Origin: Syntrophales bacterium | Lineage (GTDB): Bacteria; Desulfobacterota; Syntrophia; Syntrophales; PHBD01 | Assembly (NCBI GenBank): GCA_963668175.1 | Contig: OY764159.1 | Location: 2,208,001 to 2,272,000, forward strand | Direction of reading: 5' to 3' | Length of the DNA: 64,000 nucleotides | Shown here: positions 48,572 through 57,601 of the stretch, piece by piece | Layout of the letters: each line of letters begins with the position of its first letter | How positions within the stretch are numbered: the first letter of the stretch is position 1 | Notes under the pieces: model-generated | Database searches by the model: none | Seen by the model: only the letters and a program-made list of their open reading frames with translations | Told to the model about the DNA's origin: nothing | Program-made: the position numbers and the translations under genes

Positions 48572-49714
48572 TTACCGCCGGAATGACGGTACGGCGAGGA
48601 CCAGCACGAGGGAAAACAGCGGGAAGATAACCTGGCCGCCCAGGAGCCATTCGATATTCGTGAGCTCGGCGATCTTTGCGAAGAGGACGACGAGCACCCC
48701 GCCCAGGCCCCAGACGAAGCCGCCCAGGAAGGAGGACACCGTCCCGACATAACCGGGGGCGCGCTCCTGCGCCATGACGATAAGGAGCGAAAAGGGGAGC
48801 ATCAGGAAGAGCCCCAGGAAGGCGAGGACGGTGATCTGGACGAGGCCCGCAGGCGGGGACAGGTTAAAGAGGGTCAGGAACAACGCGGACAAAACGGCGG
48901 AGAGGGCAAGCAGGGGAAGCCGCCCGGTCTTTTTGGCGGCGAGCGATCCGGCCAGCGGCCCCAGGGCGCAGCCCAGCGAAAAGGCGGACAGGAACAGGCC
49001 GGTCGCGCCCACGGACGCCCCCCACTGCCGCAGGTAAATCGGCACGAAGCTGTACAGGTTCATGGCCGTGATGCTCACGGCGAGGGCGAAAAGGAAGAGG
49101 GGGAAGATCGGGACGGCGATCTTCGCGAGGGGATAGCGGAAGCCGTCCGCATCCTTAGGCGCGGCCCTCTCCCCTTTCGGCAGGACGGCGAAGAGTGCGG
49201 CGGCCGCCGCGATGCCCGGAACGGCGATGAGATAGAGTCTCGAAAGGCCGAAGCGGGAAACGAACAGGGAAACGAGGGAAGGTCCGGCCACGAAGCCCAG
49301 CGACGTGGCGAGGAGAAGATACGAGATGACCGTGGGCATGCCGCCGGGGCGGGGGGCCTTCACGGCGGCGAAGGAAGCGGGATGGAAGGCGCAGATGCCG
49401 ACGCCCGCCAGGAGCAGGAGCACGATCAGCGTTGCGTAATCCGGGGCGAACCCCAGGCCGCCCATGCACGCGCCCACGGCCAGCGGCGAGAGGCAGAGGA
49501 AATAGTAATACCCCAGCCGGTCCTCGACCCAGCCGAAGAGGGGCTGCGGGAGGGCGTTGAAAAGGGAAAAGACGGAGACCAGGGCGCCCGCCTCGGTGAT
49601 CGTGAGCTTCATGTCCTGCATGAAGACGGGGAGCAGCGCCGGCAGGATGCTCGTGTAGGACGTGATCAGGAATTTGACGAAATAAAGCGAACCGTTTCTC
49701 ACGCGCGTTGCCAT
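48572..49714 (-). CDS. MFS transporter (Fsr-like)
   Basis: About 12 TM segments; QPLFGWVEDRLG motif A variant; GICAFHP. Confidence 0.9.
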   Translation of the reverse strand: MATRVRNGSLYFVKFLITSYTSILPALLPVFMQDMKLTITEAGALVSVFSLFNALPQPLFGWVEDRLGYYYFLCLSPLAVGACMGGLGFAPDYATLIVLLLLAGVGICAFHPASFAAVKAPRPGGMPTVISYLLLATSLGFVAGPSLVSLFVSRFGLSRLYLIAVPGIAAAAALFAVLPKGERAAPKDADGFRYPLAKIAVPIFPLFLFALAVSITAMNLYSFVPIYLRQWGASVGATGLFLSAFSLGCALGPLAGSLAAKKTGRLPLLALSAVLSALFLTLFNLSPPAGLVQITVLAFLGLFLMLPFSLLIVMAQERAPGYVGTVSSFLGGFVWGLGGVLVVLFAKIAELTNIEWLLGGQVIFPLFSLVLVLAVPSFRR

Positions 49715-49756
49715 TCTTGGATTTCCGGCCGCGATGCCCCGGGTTTCACTTGCGCT

Positions 49757-50320
49757 TCACGCTCCGCCCCAGCGCCGGAAAAGATTGTGCTCGACGCCCA
49801 GGAAATCGAAAACCTTCCCGACGGTCTGATGGACGATGTCGTCGATCGTCCGGGGCTGATGGTAGAAGGACGGGATGGGCGGCAGGATATGGGCGCCGCA
49901 TTCGGCCGCGGCCGCCATCAGCCGGATGTGGCCGAGGTGAAGGGGCGTCTCGCGGACAGCAAGGACGAGCTTGCGTTTCTCTTTCAATGTGACGTCGGCG
50001 GCCCGGATCAGGAGGTTCGCCGTATAGGAATGGGCGATGCCCGAAAGGGTCTTGATGGAGCAGGGGGCGACGACCATGCCGTCCGTAAGGAACGAACCGC
50101 TCGACAGGACCGCGGCCATGTCCTGATTGTCGTAGCTGTAATCGGCGAGCGCCTCGACCTCGGCGGGCTTGTACGCGGTCTCGATCTCCATCGTCTTCTT
50201 CCCCGCCTCGGAGACGATCAGGTGCGTCTCGACGTCCGTGTCCCGGAGGATCTCCAGCATCCTGATCCCGTAAATAACGCCGCTCGCCCCGGTTATGCCG
50301 ATCACGATCCGTTTCGCCAT
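49757..50320 (-). CDS. ubiX: flavin prenyltransferase UbiX
   Basis: GITGASG, SSGSF, APCSIKTL, RAADVTLKEKRKLVL, RETPL, PSFY. Confidence 0.96.
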   Translation of the reverse strand: MAKRIVIGITGASGVIYGIRMLEILRDTDVETHLIVSEAGKKTMEIETAYKPAEVEALADYSYDNQDMAAVLSSGSFLTDGMVVAPCSIKTLSGIAHSYTANLLIRAADVTLKEKRKLVLAVRETPLHLGHIRLMAAAAECGAHILPPIPSFYHQPRTIDDIVHQTVGKVFDFLGVEHNLFRRWGGA

Positions 50321-50368
50321 GCGCTGCCTTTATCCTTTCCGGGCCGCGGGGCCCGCATCTTCCTTCTG

Positions 50369-50597
50369 CAGGCTGTTGCTAATGTTAGGCGCGTTGCAAT
50401 GAGGGACCGCAACGCTTACACCGCCACATCTGTCGTTTATCACCTTCAGGTGACGTTGCGCTGCTGCGCCCCCTGCATAGGGGGCAAGCCTCGTCAATCG
50501 ACATACTCCTATGTATGCCTCATTCCTCGGCTTTCGCGCGCCTTACATCTGGACATTTTTGAACAGCCTGTTCAGAATCGAGTTTTTCAGCAATCTG
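50369..50597. mobile_element. MITE-like repeat, copy B, with 2-3 hairpin insertions
   Basis: CAGGCTGTT and AACAGCCTG inverted ends; core shared with copies A and C. Confidence 0.8.
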
Positions 50598-50985
50598 CCA
50601 GATATCGCGCCATGAATTTAATGAGGGCATCGACGTTGCCGACGACGTCGCGGATGGCGCCTTCGTCCAGGTTGTCCCAGTGAATGCCGGCGGCGACGGT
50701 CACGCGCGTGTCGAGGGCGGCGGAGAGATACTCGGACGCCTTCTTCACGACCTCGTCCTCCTTGTGGCCCACCACGCAAAGGACGGACGCCGTGGCGCTG
50801 GCCGCGGCGGGGTCCTTCAGGCTCGGCCGCGGCTGGGCCAGGGCGACGGCCCCGATATGCGGGCGCTCCCCGCCCCAGATGGCGACAAGGAGATCCCTGC
50901 CGATCCAGCGCGCGCAGGCGTCAAGGTCGTAACGGCCTTCTTCCGTCCTGAATGTGGCCCCATCCTGGGTTTTCGCTGCCTGCAC
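50587..50985 (-). CDS. LpdD-like prenylated-flavin binding/chaperone protein
   Basis: GRDLLVAIWGGERPHIGAV...GHKED...VAAGIHWDN; located between ubiD and ubiX. Confidence 0.8.
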   Translation of the reverse strand: MQAAKTQDGATFRTEEGRYDLDACARWIGRDLLVAIWGGERPHIGAVALAQPRPSLKDPAAASATASVLCVVGHKEDEVVKKASEYLSAALDTRVTVAAGIHWDNLDEGAIRDVVGNVDALIKFMARYLADC

Positions 50986-51184
50986 GTTTTCGCCTCTTTA
51001 ACTTCCGGTGAAATAAGCGGCCCCTGCCGCGCAACTTTTACATTGAAAATCATGGTCAATGCAAGACTTATCTATTTACAAACGGGCGGCCGTATGATTA
51101 TGCTCTGCTCTCCAAGTCGCCCATGATTTGGTCACATCGCATACATTACTGCCAGGAATACATAGAAAAGAAAGGATTCGGATT

Positions 51185-52633
51185 ATGAAAAGGGTCACTT
51201 TGCTGCTGCTTCTCGTTCTCATGACGGCTGTCGCTGCGCCGTCGTACGGAGCCGGAAAGGCTTCCGCGGACCTTCCCGGGACGGCCGACCGCCTCGTCGA
51301 CCTGAAGGCGACCATCGATTTCCTGGACAAGACGGGGAATCTCGTGCGCGTCAAATCGGAAGTCGATCCGGTGCTTGAACTTGCCGGCATCGCCAAGAAA
51401 TACGAAGGCAAGAAATGCATCCTCTTTGAAAAGGTCAAGGGGAGCGCCTACCCGGTTTTCATGGGCCTCCTGTGGAACCGCGACACCGTCGGCGCCCTCT
51501 TCAACGTCCCCAAGGAACAGGTCCCCTTCGTGATTGCGAGCGCCATCGGCGCCTGGCGTAAGGACAAGGAGGCGCTGGCCTCGCCCGTGCTGGCGAAGGG
51601 TCCGGCCAACGAGGTCGTCGTGACGAAGAACATCAACCTCTACGAACTGCCCGCGCCCGTTCACGCCCTGAAGGACGGCGGACCCTATTTCGATTCGTCT
51701 GTGGTGGTCGTGAACGACCCGGAAACGGGGAAGCCCAATATCTCCATTCACAGGATCATGATCGCCGGCAAGGACCGCCTCACGTTCCTCATCGACCCGG
51801 GGCGGCACCTGGGCGCCTATCTCGACATCATGGAAAAGAAGGGGAAGCCCCTCCAGGTGACGATCAACAACGGCGTCGGCCTCGCCCCCTGGCTGGTGTC
51901 CTCCGTGCCCGGAACGGGCCCCGGCAAGGCGACCATCGCGAGCCGGATCATCGGCAGGCCCATCAACTTCATCAAGGCGCAGACGGTCGATGTCCCGGCG
52001 TTCGCCGATGCGCAGTTCGTCATCGAAGCGGAGATCCTCCCGAACGTGCGGGAGCCGGAAGGCCCCTTCGCGGAAGTGACGGGCTACTACGGCGCGCGCG
52101 AGAAGCGCTGGGTCATGCAGGTGAAGGCCATCACCCACCGCAAGAAGCCCGTCTTCCATTCGCTCCTTTCGGGGCAGGAGGTGTGGAACGCCGTCGGCTT
52201 CACCGCCGAGGCGAAGATCTTCGGGACGGTCAAACAGAAGGTCGCGGACCTGAAAGCCGTTTACCTGCCGCCGGGCGGCTGCGGCTTCTACGGCGCGGTC
52301 CTGCAATTATCCAAGACGAAGGAAGGCGTCCAGAACACGGCCATCGAGGAGGCGTTCAAGGCGTTCCCGTCGCTGCAATGGGTCGTCGCCGTGGACGACG
52401 ACGTGAACATCTACGACCCCATCGACGTCGAGTGGGCCGTGACGACCCGCTTCAACGCGAAGAAGGGGTTCATGATGCTCCCGGACCAGCCGGGCCATAT
52501 CCTCAACCCCATGGTGGAGGGCGGCAAGGTCACGAAGGTCGGGGTGGATGCGACGGCGCCGTTCCCGCGCACGTCCGCGTTCGAGCGCACGAAATTCAAG
52601 GACGTCGATTTGAAGAAGTACAGGATCGAATAG
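51185..52633 (+). CDS. UbiD-family prFMN-dependent (de)carboxylase with N-terminal signal-peptide-like extension
   Basis: LVRVKSEVDP..EL, LFEKVKG, DGGPY, NISIHR, EGPFAEVTGYY, VDDDVNIYD..DVEWA..TR, KVGVDAT; N-terminus MKRVTLLLLLVLMTAVAAPSYGA. Confidence 0.93.
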   Translation: MKRVTLLLLLVLMTAVAAPSYGAGKASADLPGTADRLVDLKATIDFLDKTGNLVRVKSEVDPVLELAGIAKKYEGKKCILFEKVKGSAYPVFMGLLWNRDTVGALFNVPKEQVPFVIASAIGAWRKDKEALASPVLAKGPANEVVVTKNINLYELPAPVHALKDGGPYFDSSVVVVNDPETGKPNISIHRIMIAGKDRLTFLIDPGRHLGAYLDIMEKKGKPLQVTINNGVGLAPWLVSSVPGTGPGKATIASRIIGRPINFIKAQTVDVPAFADAQFVIEAEILPNVREPEGPFAEVTGYYGAREKRWVMQVKAITHRKKPVFHSLLSGQEVWNAVGFTAEAKIFGTVKQKVADLKAVYLPPGGCGFYGAVLQLSKTKEGVQNTAIEEAFKAFPSLQWVVAVDDDVNIYDPIDVEWAVTTRFNAKKGFMMLPDQPGHILNPMVEGGKVTKVGVDATAPFPRTSAFERTKFKDVDLKKYRIE

Positions 52634-52665
52634 AAAAATTATCGTGGAATCTCTTTAATGGTGCA

Positions 52666-52700
52666 AAGAAGGCGGGGCCGGCAACGGCTCCGCCTTTTTT
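52666..52700 (+). terminator. intrinsic terminator after ubiD
   Basis: AAGGCGGGGCCG-GCAA-CGGCTCCGCCTTTTTT. Confidence 0.85.
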
Positions 52701-52835
52701 ATTGTCTCAACTTCTTTCCCGTTCGAATATCAGGTGGATGATTCTCGCAGGCCTTCAATATTTTGATCAGGTCTTGATCGCTATCTATTTCACGTCCGGA
52801 AGGGGATATATTCATCGGTACGCTTCTTGCCCTCA

Positions 52836-53510
52836 TCACTTGTTGCCGGAGTCTGCCTTTTTCGCGGCAAGCCATCGGCGCAGCTCGCCAAGCGTGGTAA
52901 CGGGCAAATCGGGGCTGCCGACGACCGGGTGCGGCTGGGAACGACGGACCAGTTTATAGCCGCGGATATCAGCGTCCGCGGGCGGCTCAGCGGCCGGCGG
53001 CGTGAATTTCATCGTACCTTCGTGTCTGACACCCTTCGTCCCGGATGGCGCGGCCGGCCCGCCGTCGATATACGCATAGGCGAGGACGCCCGGCGATATC
53101 GGCGATATTTCTCCTTTGGCGCTGAATGCCGTAAAAGATGTCTTCTGCGTTAAGCTGCAAGGCCCGTTGGGGAAAGCGGAGGCAAGAAGAACGGCCGACA
53201 TTCCCTGGGTCATGGGAAGCATCCAGATGCTGTCGTATTGCAGCTCCGAGTCGGCGAGGCCTTTGACGAGAAGCGTTCCGCGGAGATAATAAATATCCGC
53301 AACGGTCCCGCCCGTTGTTAACGACAAATGATGTTCCTGGTTGGCAAATGCCGTCCAGACCGTTTGCATCTCCGGTGTCTTCAAGCTGTGGAAGGATGGA
53401 AAGGACCAATTGTTCGAACATGTTTCCGCATGCGAGATGGACAGAAATGTGATGAGAAATATCTGAATGAGAACAGAATGAAGAATTGTTGCTGCAATCC
53501 TGAAGATCAT
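52836..53510 (-). CDS. secreted hypothetical protein
   Basis: GGAGG RBS; hydrophobic N-terminus ending SHA. Confidence 0.7.
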   Translation of the reverse strand: MIFRIAATILHSVLIQIFLITFLSISHAETCSNNWSFPSFHSLKTPEMQTVWTAFANQEHHLSLTTGGTVADIYYLRGTLLVKGLADSELQYDSIWMLPMTQGMSAVLLASAFPNGPCSLTQKTSFTAFSAKGEISPISPGVLAYAYIDGGPAAPSGTKGVRHEGTMKFTPPAAEPPADADIRGYKLVRRSQPHPVVGSPDLPVTTLGELRRWLAAKKADSGNK

Positions 53511-53673
53511 GTTGCCTCCCCCCCCGATGACATCCCGGCGAACACTTGCCTCACAGGTTCTCGCGAAATAACATCTAGTTCATTTCATGACGCCTCCTGT
53601 AAAGGTCTTTCCATATGCGGGAGACGCGCAGCGAGGCTGCTATCTTCTCGTTTCTGCCGGGTGTGCGGCGACG

Positions 53674-54267
53674 CTATTTGACGTAAATCTTCTTAATGAC
53701 GACGGGGTCGACCGGTACGTCGCTCATGCCGTCCGTGAAGGTCGTCCGCACCGCCTCGATCTTGTCCACGACGTTCATGCCGTTGACCACCTTGCCGAAG
53801 ACGGTATAGCCGTAGCCCGCCTGCGTGGGGGCCGTATAGTTGAGGGGCGTGTTGTTGACCGTGTTGATGAAGAACTGGCTCGTGGCCGAGTGGGGATCGG
53901 ATGTCCTCGCCATGGCGATGGTGCCCCGCTCGTTTTTCAGGCCGTTCCCCGCTTCGTTCCGGACGGCGGGGCCCGTGTTCTTGGGCTGCATGTTGGCCGT
54001 GAAGCCGCCGCCCTGGATCATGAAGCCCCGGATGACCCGGTGGAAGATCGTGCCGTCGTAGAAGGTGTACTCGACGTAGCGCAGGAAATTCCTGACCGTG
54101 TCGGGGGCCTTCTCCGCGTTCAGCTCGACTTCGATGTTTCCCATGCTGGTCTCCATGACGACGACGGGGAACTTGGGATCGGCAGCCCGGGCGGCGCCGC
54201 CCGCAGAAAGGACGAAAAGGCAGGCGCAGAGTCCCGCCAGAATCAGTGTGCTGTACAGTTTTCGCAT
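53674..54267 (-). CDS. ppiA: periplasmic cyclophilin-type peptidyl-prolyl isomerase
   Basis: Signal peptide; YDGTIFHRVIRGFMIQGGG, AMART, SATSQFFIN, GYTVFGKV. Confidence 0.93.
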   Translation of the reverse strand: MRKLYSTLILAGLCACLFVLSAGGAARAADPKFPVVVMETSMGNIEVELNAEKAPDTVRNFLRYVEYTFYDGTIFHRVIRGFMIQGGGFTANMQPKNTGPAVRNEAGNGLKNERGTIAMARTSDPHSATSQFFINTVNNTPLNYTAPTQAGYGYTVFGKVVNGMNVVDKIEAVRTTFTDGMSDVPVDPVVIKKIYVK

Positions 54268-54531
54268 GGATGTTCCTCCCGGTGTTATATGTGTGAAAAT
54301 GAGCCGCTCTTTACGTGGTAGGTTTCAGTGCGATTCGGCCGCCGTAGCAAACTGAAACGTCATGAATGCCTCAGTAATAATGTACATTCATATACTATAA
54401 ATCATCGGTGTGGCAAGTCAAACTAATCGGGGTTTGGCAAACGGCGCCGCGGTTGACAAGAAAACGGCCACCTGCCCCCTGAAGGACATCGTGGCCGTAC
54501 TTCATGCTCCGGAGCGATCTTCGGCCCTTCC

Positions 54532-55695
54532 TTAAAACGAATGTTTGCATGCCCTGCCGGAGAGGAGCGACAGTTTGCCCGCGCCCAGATCGAGGCCGAA
54601 AACGACATCGGAGGAATCGGACGGTCCGCATACGGGACATTCGTTGCCTTTTACGCCGAAACAGGCGCTCTTCTGCTTCGCATCCCGGTTGCGCTGCGTG
54701 CAGATCAATTTGGCGCCCGCTTTCTGCAATTCCCTGAGCGGTTCTTCGTCCGGTATGCCGTGTTTCTGGCCGACCATGTTGACGGCATACTCAGGCCGGA
54801 CTTTGAGGACGCCCGCCGGGCTGATGCCGTTCTTGCTGCCGTGGTGGGGAATTTTCAGTACATGGGCCTCGAGGAGCTTGCCGTAGGTCTTGTCCGACGC
54901 GAGGTCGTCCCACACGTCGTTTTCGGCGTCTCCCGGGAAAAGGAATTTGAATTTGTCCGCCGGTTTACCGCTGTCCATCGGCGTCAGTGCGAACACGATG
55001 CTCTGGTTGTTGATGGACGTCTTGGCTTTTTCGGCCAGGGCTGCTATTTTCGCATGGACGGCCTGCGTCAGCTTCGATAGGTCGTCCCCTTCGTTCAACG
55101 TCGCACCTTCGGCGAAATCGCCCCCGAAGCCGAACGCCTGTTTTTCGAACAGCGAGGCCGATACCTGCTCGCGGGGAGAGAGAATGTCGATCTTGACATT
55201 CGCGAAGATTTTCGGCGGCAGGTCTTCGCGGCTCGGGTGCCTGATGTTGCCTTGGGGCACGAGCTGGGAGAGGCTTTCGAGCAGCTCCTCGTTTTGCGCG
55301 ACACTCGTCATCACGAACTGCCGGGCCTCCAGGGCCGGTCCGCCCGTCCCGCTCTGCTCGACGTCCGCCAGGTCCCGAAAGGCGCTGTCCGTCCTCGGCA
55401 TCGGCCCCCAGTAGTGGCGGACGGCAATGTGGGCCTTGCCTTTCTGTTTCAAGTCCAGCTGGCTTTTCGCAAACAGTTTCAGGCCGTTGATGTGATCCGC
55501 GTCCAGATGGGTGCAGACCAGCAGATCGATGGCATCGACCTTGTTCTTCTTCAGGTGATTCGTCAGGGCGTTGCACCCGTTCTTGCCTTCTCCGCCGTCG
55601 ACGACGATACAGGCTTGCTTTGCCTTTTCATCGAAGAGGATCACCGAACAGTCCCCGTGTTCTTCGATATCCAGGAACGAAATTTTCATTTTCAT
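54532..55695 (-). CDS. MBL-fold metallo-hydrolase (ComEC/Rec2-like)
   Basis: FLDI..GD, VDGG, THLDADHINGL, NNQSIV, LFPGDA, KIPHHGS, HGIP; Cys-rich tail. Confidence 0.9.
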   Translation of the reverse strand: MKMKISFLDIEEHGDCSVILFDEKAKQACIVVDGGEGKNGCNALTNHLKKNKVDAIDLLVCTHLDADHINGLKLFAKSQLDLKQKGKAHIAVRHYWGPMPRTDSAFRDLADVEQSGTGGPALEARQFVMTSVAQNEELLESLSQLVPQGNIRHPSREDLPPKIFANVKIDILSPREQVSASLFEKQAFGFGGDFAEGATLNEGDDLSKLTQAVHAKIAALAEKAKTSINNQSIVFALTPMDSGKPADKFKFLFPGDAENDVWDDLASDKTYGKLLEAHVLKIPHHGSKNGISPAGVLKVRPEYAVNMVGQKHGIPDEEPLRELQKAGAKLICTQRNRDAKQKSACFGVKGNECPVCGPSDSSDVVFGLDLGAGKLSLLSGRACKHSF

Positions 55696-55719
55696 CGTCC
55701 GTCTCCTTTCCCCGGCAGC

Positions 55720-56991
55720 TTACACGGCCTGAATCATCCGCAGGACGTCCACCAGACCGGCACCCTGGAAATAACGGTCCCGCCCCAGGTCGGTGCAGCT
55801 TTTCATCATGATTTGCTTCACTTCCCTGGCGTGGCCGATGAATTCCGGCTTGACGCTTAAAAACAATGCCAGGGCGCCGGAGACGTGCGGCGTCGCCATG
55901 CTGGTTCCGGACATTTCGGCGGTTGCCGTGCTGCTTTCGTGGTAGGCGGAGACGATCTTTTCCCCGGGTGCGACCACATCCGGCTTGTATCGGCCGTCGC
56001 CGGTCGGGCCCTTGGAGGAGAAGTAGGAGATGCCGTAGGTATGGGGCTTTTTGCTGTGCACGGAGCCGACGGTGATCACCTCTTCGGCGTTGCCGGGATC
56101 GGAGATACCGATATCGAGGTACGTGTCGAAAAAGCTGACCGTGTTTTGCGGGCTGGCGGTCACGAGCTTCTTGTAGCCGTCGTTTCCCGATGCCACGCAG
56201 ACGATGACGCCGCTCAGCATCAGGCGGTTCGCTTCCTCGCATAGCGGCGTCGCGCCGCATCCGAAGCTCAGCGCTTCGACCGGGCCGCCCAGGCTCATAT
56301 TGACGCCGTGGACGACCATCTTCTTTTCTTCAAAGTTCAATTTTCTGATGTCGTACATGGCCTGTATGATATTCGACGAACTGCCCGTTCCTTGAGCGTC
56401 CAGGACGCGGTACGAATAAATGGTCGCTTTCGGGGCTATTTTGCAGATGATGCCCGCAACGTGCGTTCCGTGGCCGATTTGATCGTCATACCCGCGGCCG
56501 GTATAATCGAATTGCCGACCCTGTCTTACGTTTTCGACCAGCCACGCGTGGTCCCAGCGGACTCCCGAGTCGATCACGGCCCAGGTTACGTCTTCGCCTT
56601 CCCGGAGGAACACGCGTCTTGCCGGACCGGCCGAAATCGTCTCTCCGCTTTCATCGACGGTTACGGTCATGTTGACCGGTTTATCCAGCCATACCCTGTC
56701 GATGAACCGAATCTCGCTTCCCTCCTGATGGTCCTTTTCGATTCTGTCCGCCTGCTTTTCCGTGACCGTGGCGAAGATGTAGCAATCCGTTCCCGGCTTC
56801 TCCTTCTTCATCACTATTCTCACGTTTAATCCTTCGAGGTATTCCACAACGCTTTTCCTCTCGCTGCGCTCGTCGAAGCCGATGATGACAGGTACTTCCT
56901 CTCTCTTCGAGAACTCCCGCCAGACTTCGTCAAGGACGACACGGCTCTGAAAAAATCTGTCTTTGAACCTCGGTATCTGCTTCCCGGCCAT
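55720..56991 (-). CDS. S8 subtilisin-like serine peptidase, no signal peptide
   Basis: AVIDSG, GHGTHVAG, NMSLG, ASGNDG, KPDVVAPG, SGTSMATPHV; N-terminal prodomain-like region. Confidence 0.93.
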   Translation of the reverse strand: MAGKQIPRFKDRFFQSRVVLDEVWREFSKREEVPVIIGFDERSERKSVVEYLEGLNVRIVMKKEKPGTDCYIFATVTEKQADRIEKDHQEGSEIRFIDRVWLDKPVNMTVTVDESGETISAGPARRVFLREGEDVTWAVIDSGVRWDHAWLVENVRQGRQFDYTGRGYDDQIGHGTHVAGIICKIAPKATIYSYRVLDAQGTGSSSNIIQAMYDIRKLNFEEKKMVVHGVNMSLGGPVEALSFGCGATPLCEEANRLMLSGVIVCVASGNDGYKKLVTASPQNTVSFFDTYLDIGISDPGNAEEVITVGSVHSKKPHTYGISYFSSKGPTGDGRYKPDVVAPGEKIVSAYHESSTATAEMSGTSMATPHVSGALALFLSVKPEFIGHAREVKQIMMKSCTDLGRDRYFQGAGLVDVLRMIQAV

Positions 56992-57495
56992 ATTCCCCTC
57001 CTTTCCGTAAATGACTTGCGACGCATAACGCGTTTGACTTGTTGCCGACGAAACTGCCGTATCGCTTCATGTGAGCAGAAATCTTTGCAGGACGAAAAAC
57101 ACAAGGATGCTGGAACAGCGGTTGGAAAGATATACAGGAGCCGTGCGAATCGTTACAGACGATGATTCGGCGCTGCCTATGAATAAATCACAAAGGGATG
57201 GGAAATACAATAGATTTTTATCATTATATCACGATAATAATAGTAGCAAATATCCTCATATTATTGTGTCTGGCCTGCCAACCTCCACGAGGGACGAATG
57301 GTGTTTCTGTGCAACATAACACGTAATGATATTATATGGATTGATACTTATGGGCGTGGGTGTTCCGATGGACGGACTGATTGATTGAGAGAATGCATTT
57401 CAGACGGTATGCCTGCAATATCCCATGGCAGATGTCTCTTTTGCATCCCCCGCGCTCAAATCTTTTCAGGGCGGATCGACACAAAGACAGAAATG

Positions 57496-57533
57496 AAAAG
57501 GCCGCCCGCACCTTTAAAGGTATGGCGGCCTTT
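57496..57533 (-). terminator. intrinsic terminator after the aminotransferase gene
   Basis: AAAGGCCGCC...GGCGGCCTTT stem followed by TTTTCATTT on the minus strand. Confidence 0.75.
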
Positions 57534-57601
57534 GTCCGCTCTTCAGAATATCTCTATTGGATATGGTTACCGGGTGGACCCGACGTTCCCCATCGAGAAA
57601 A

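Noticed and set aside
52700..52816. 38-codon minus-strand ORF (MNISPSGREIDSDQDL...)
   Set aside because: Too short, no motif, overlaps the terminator; cannot be supported.
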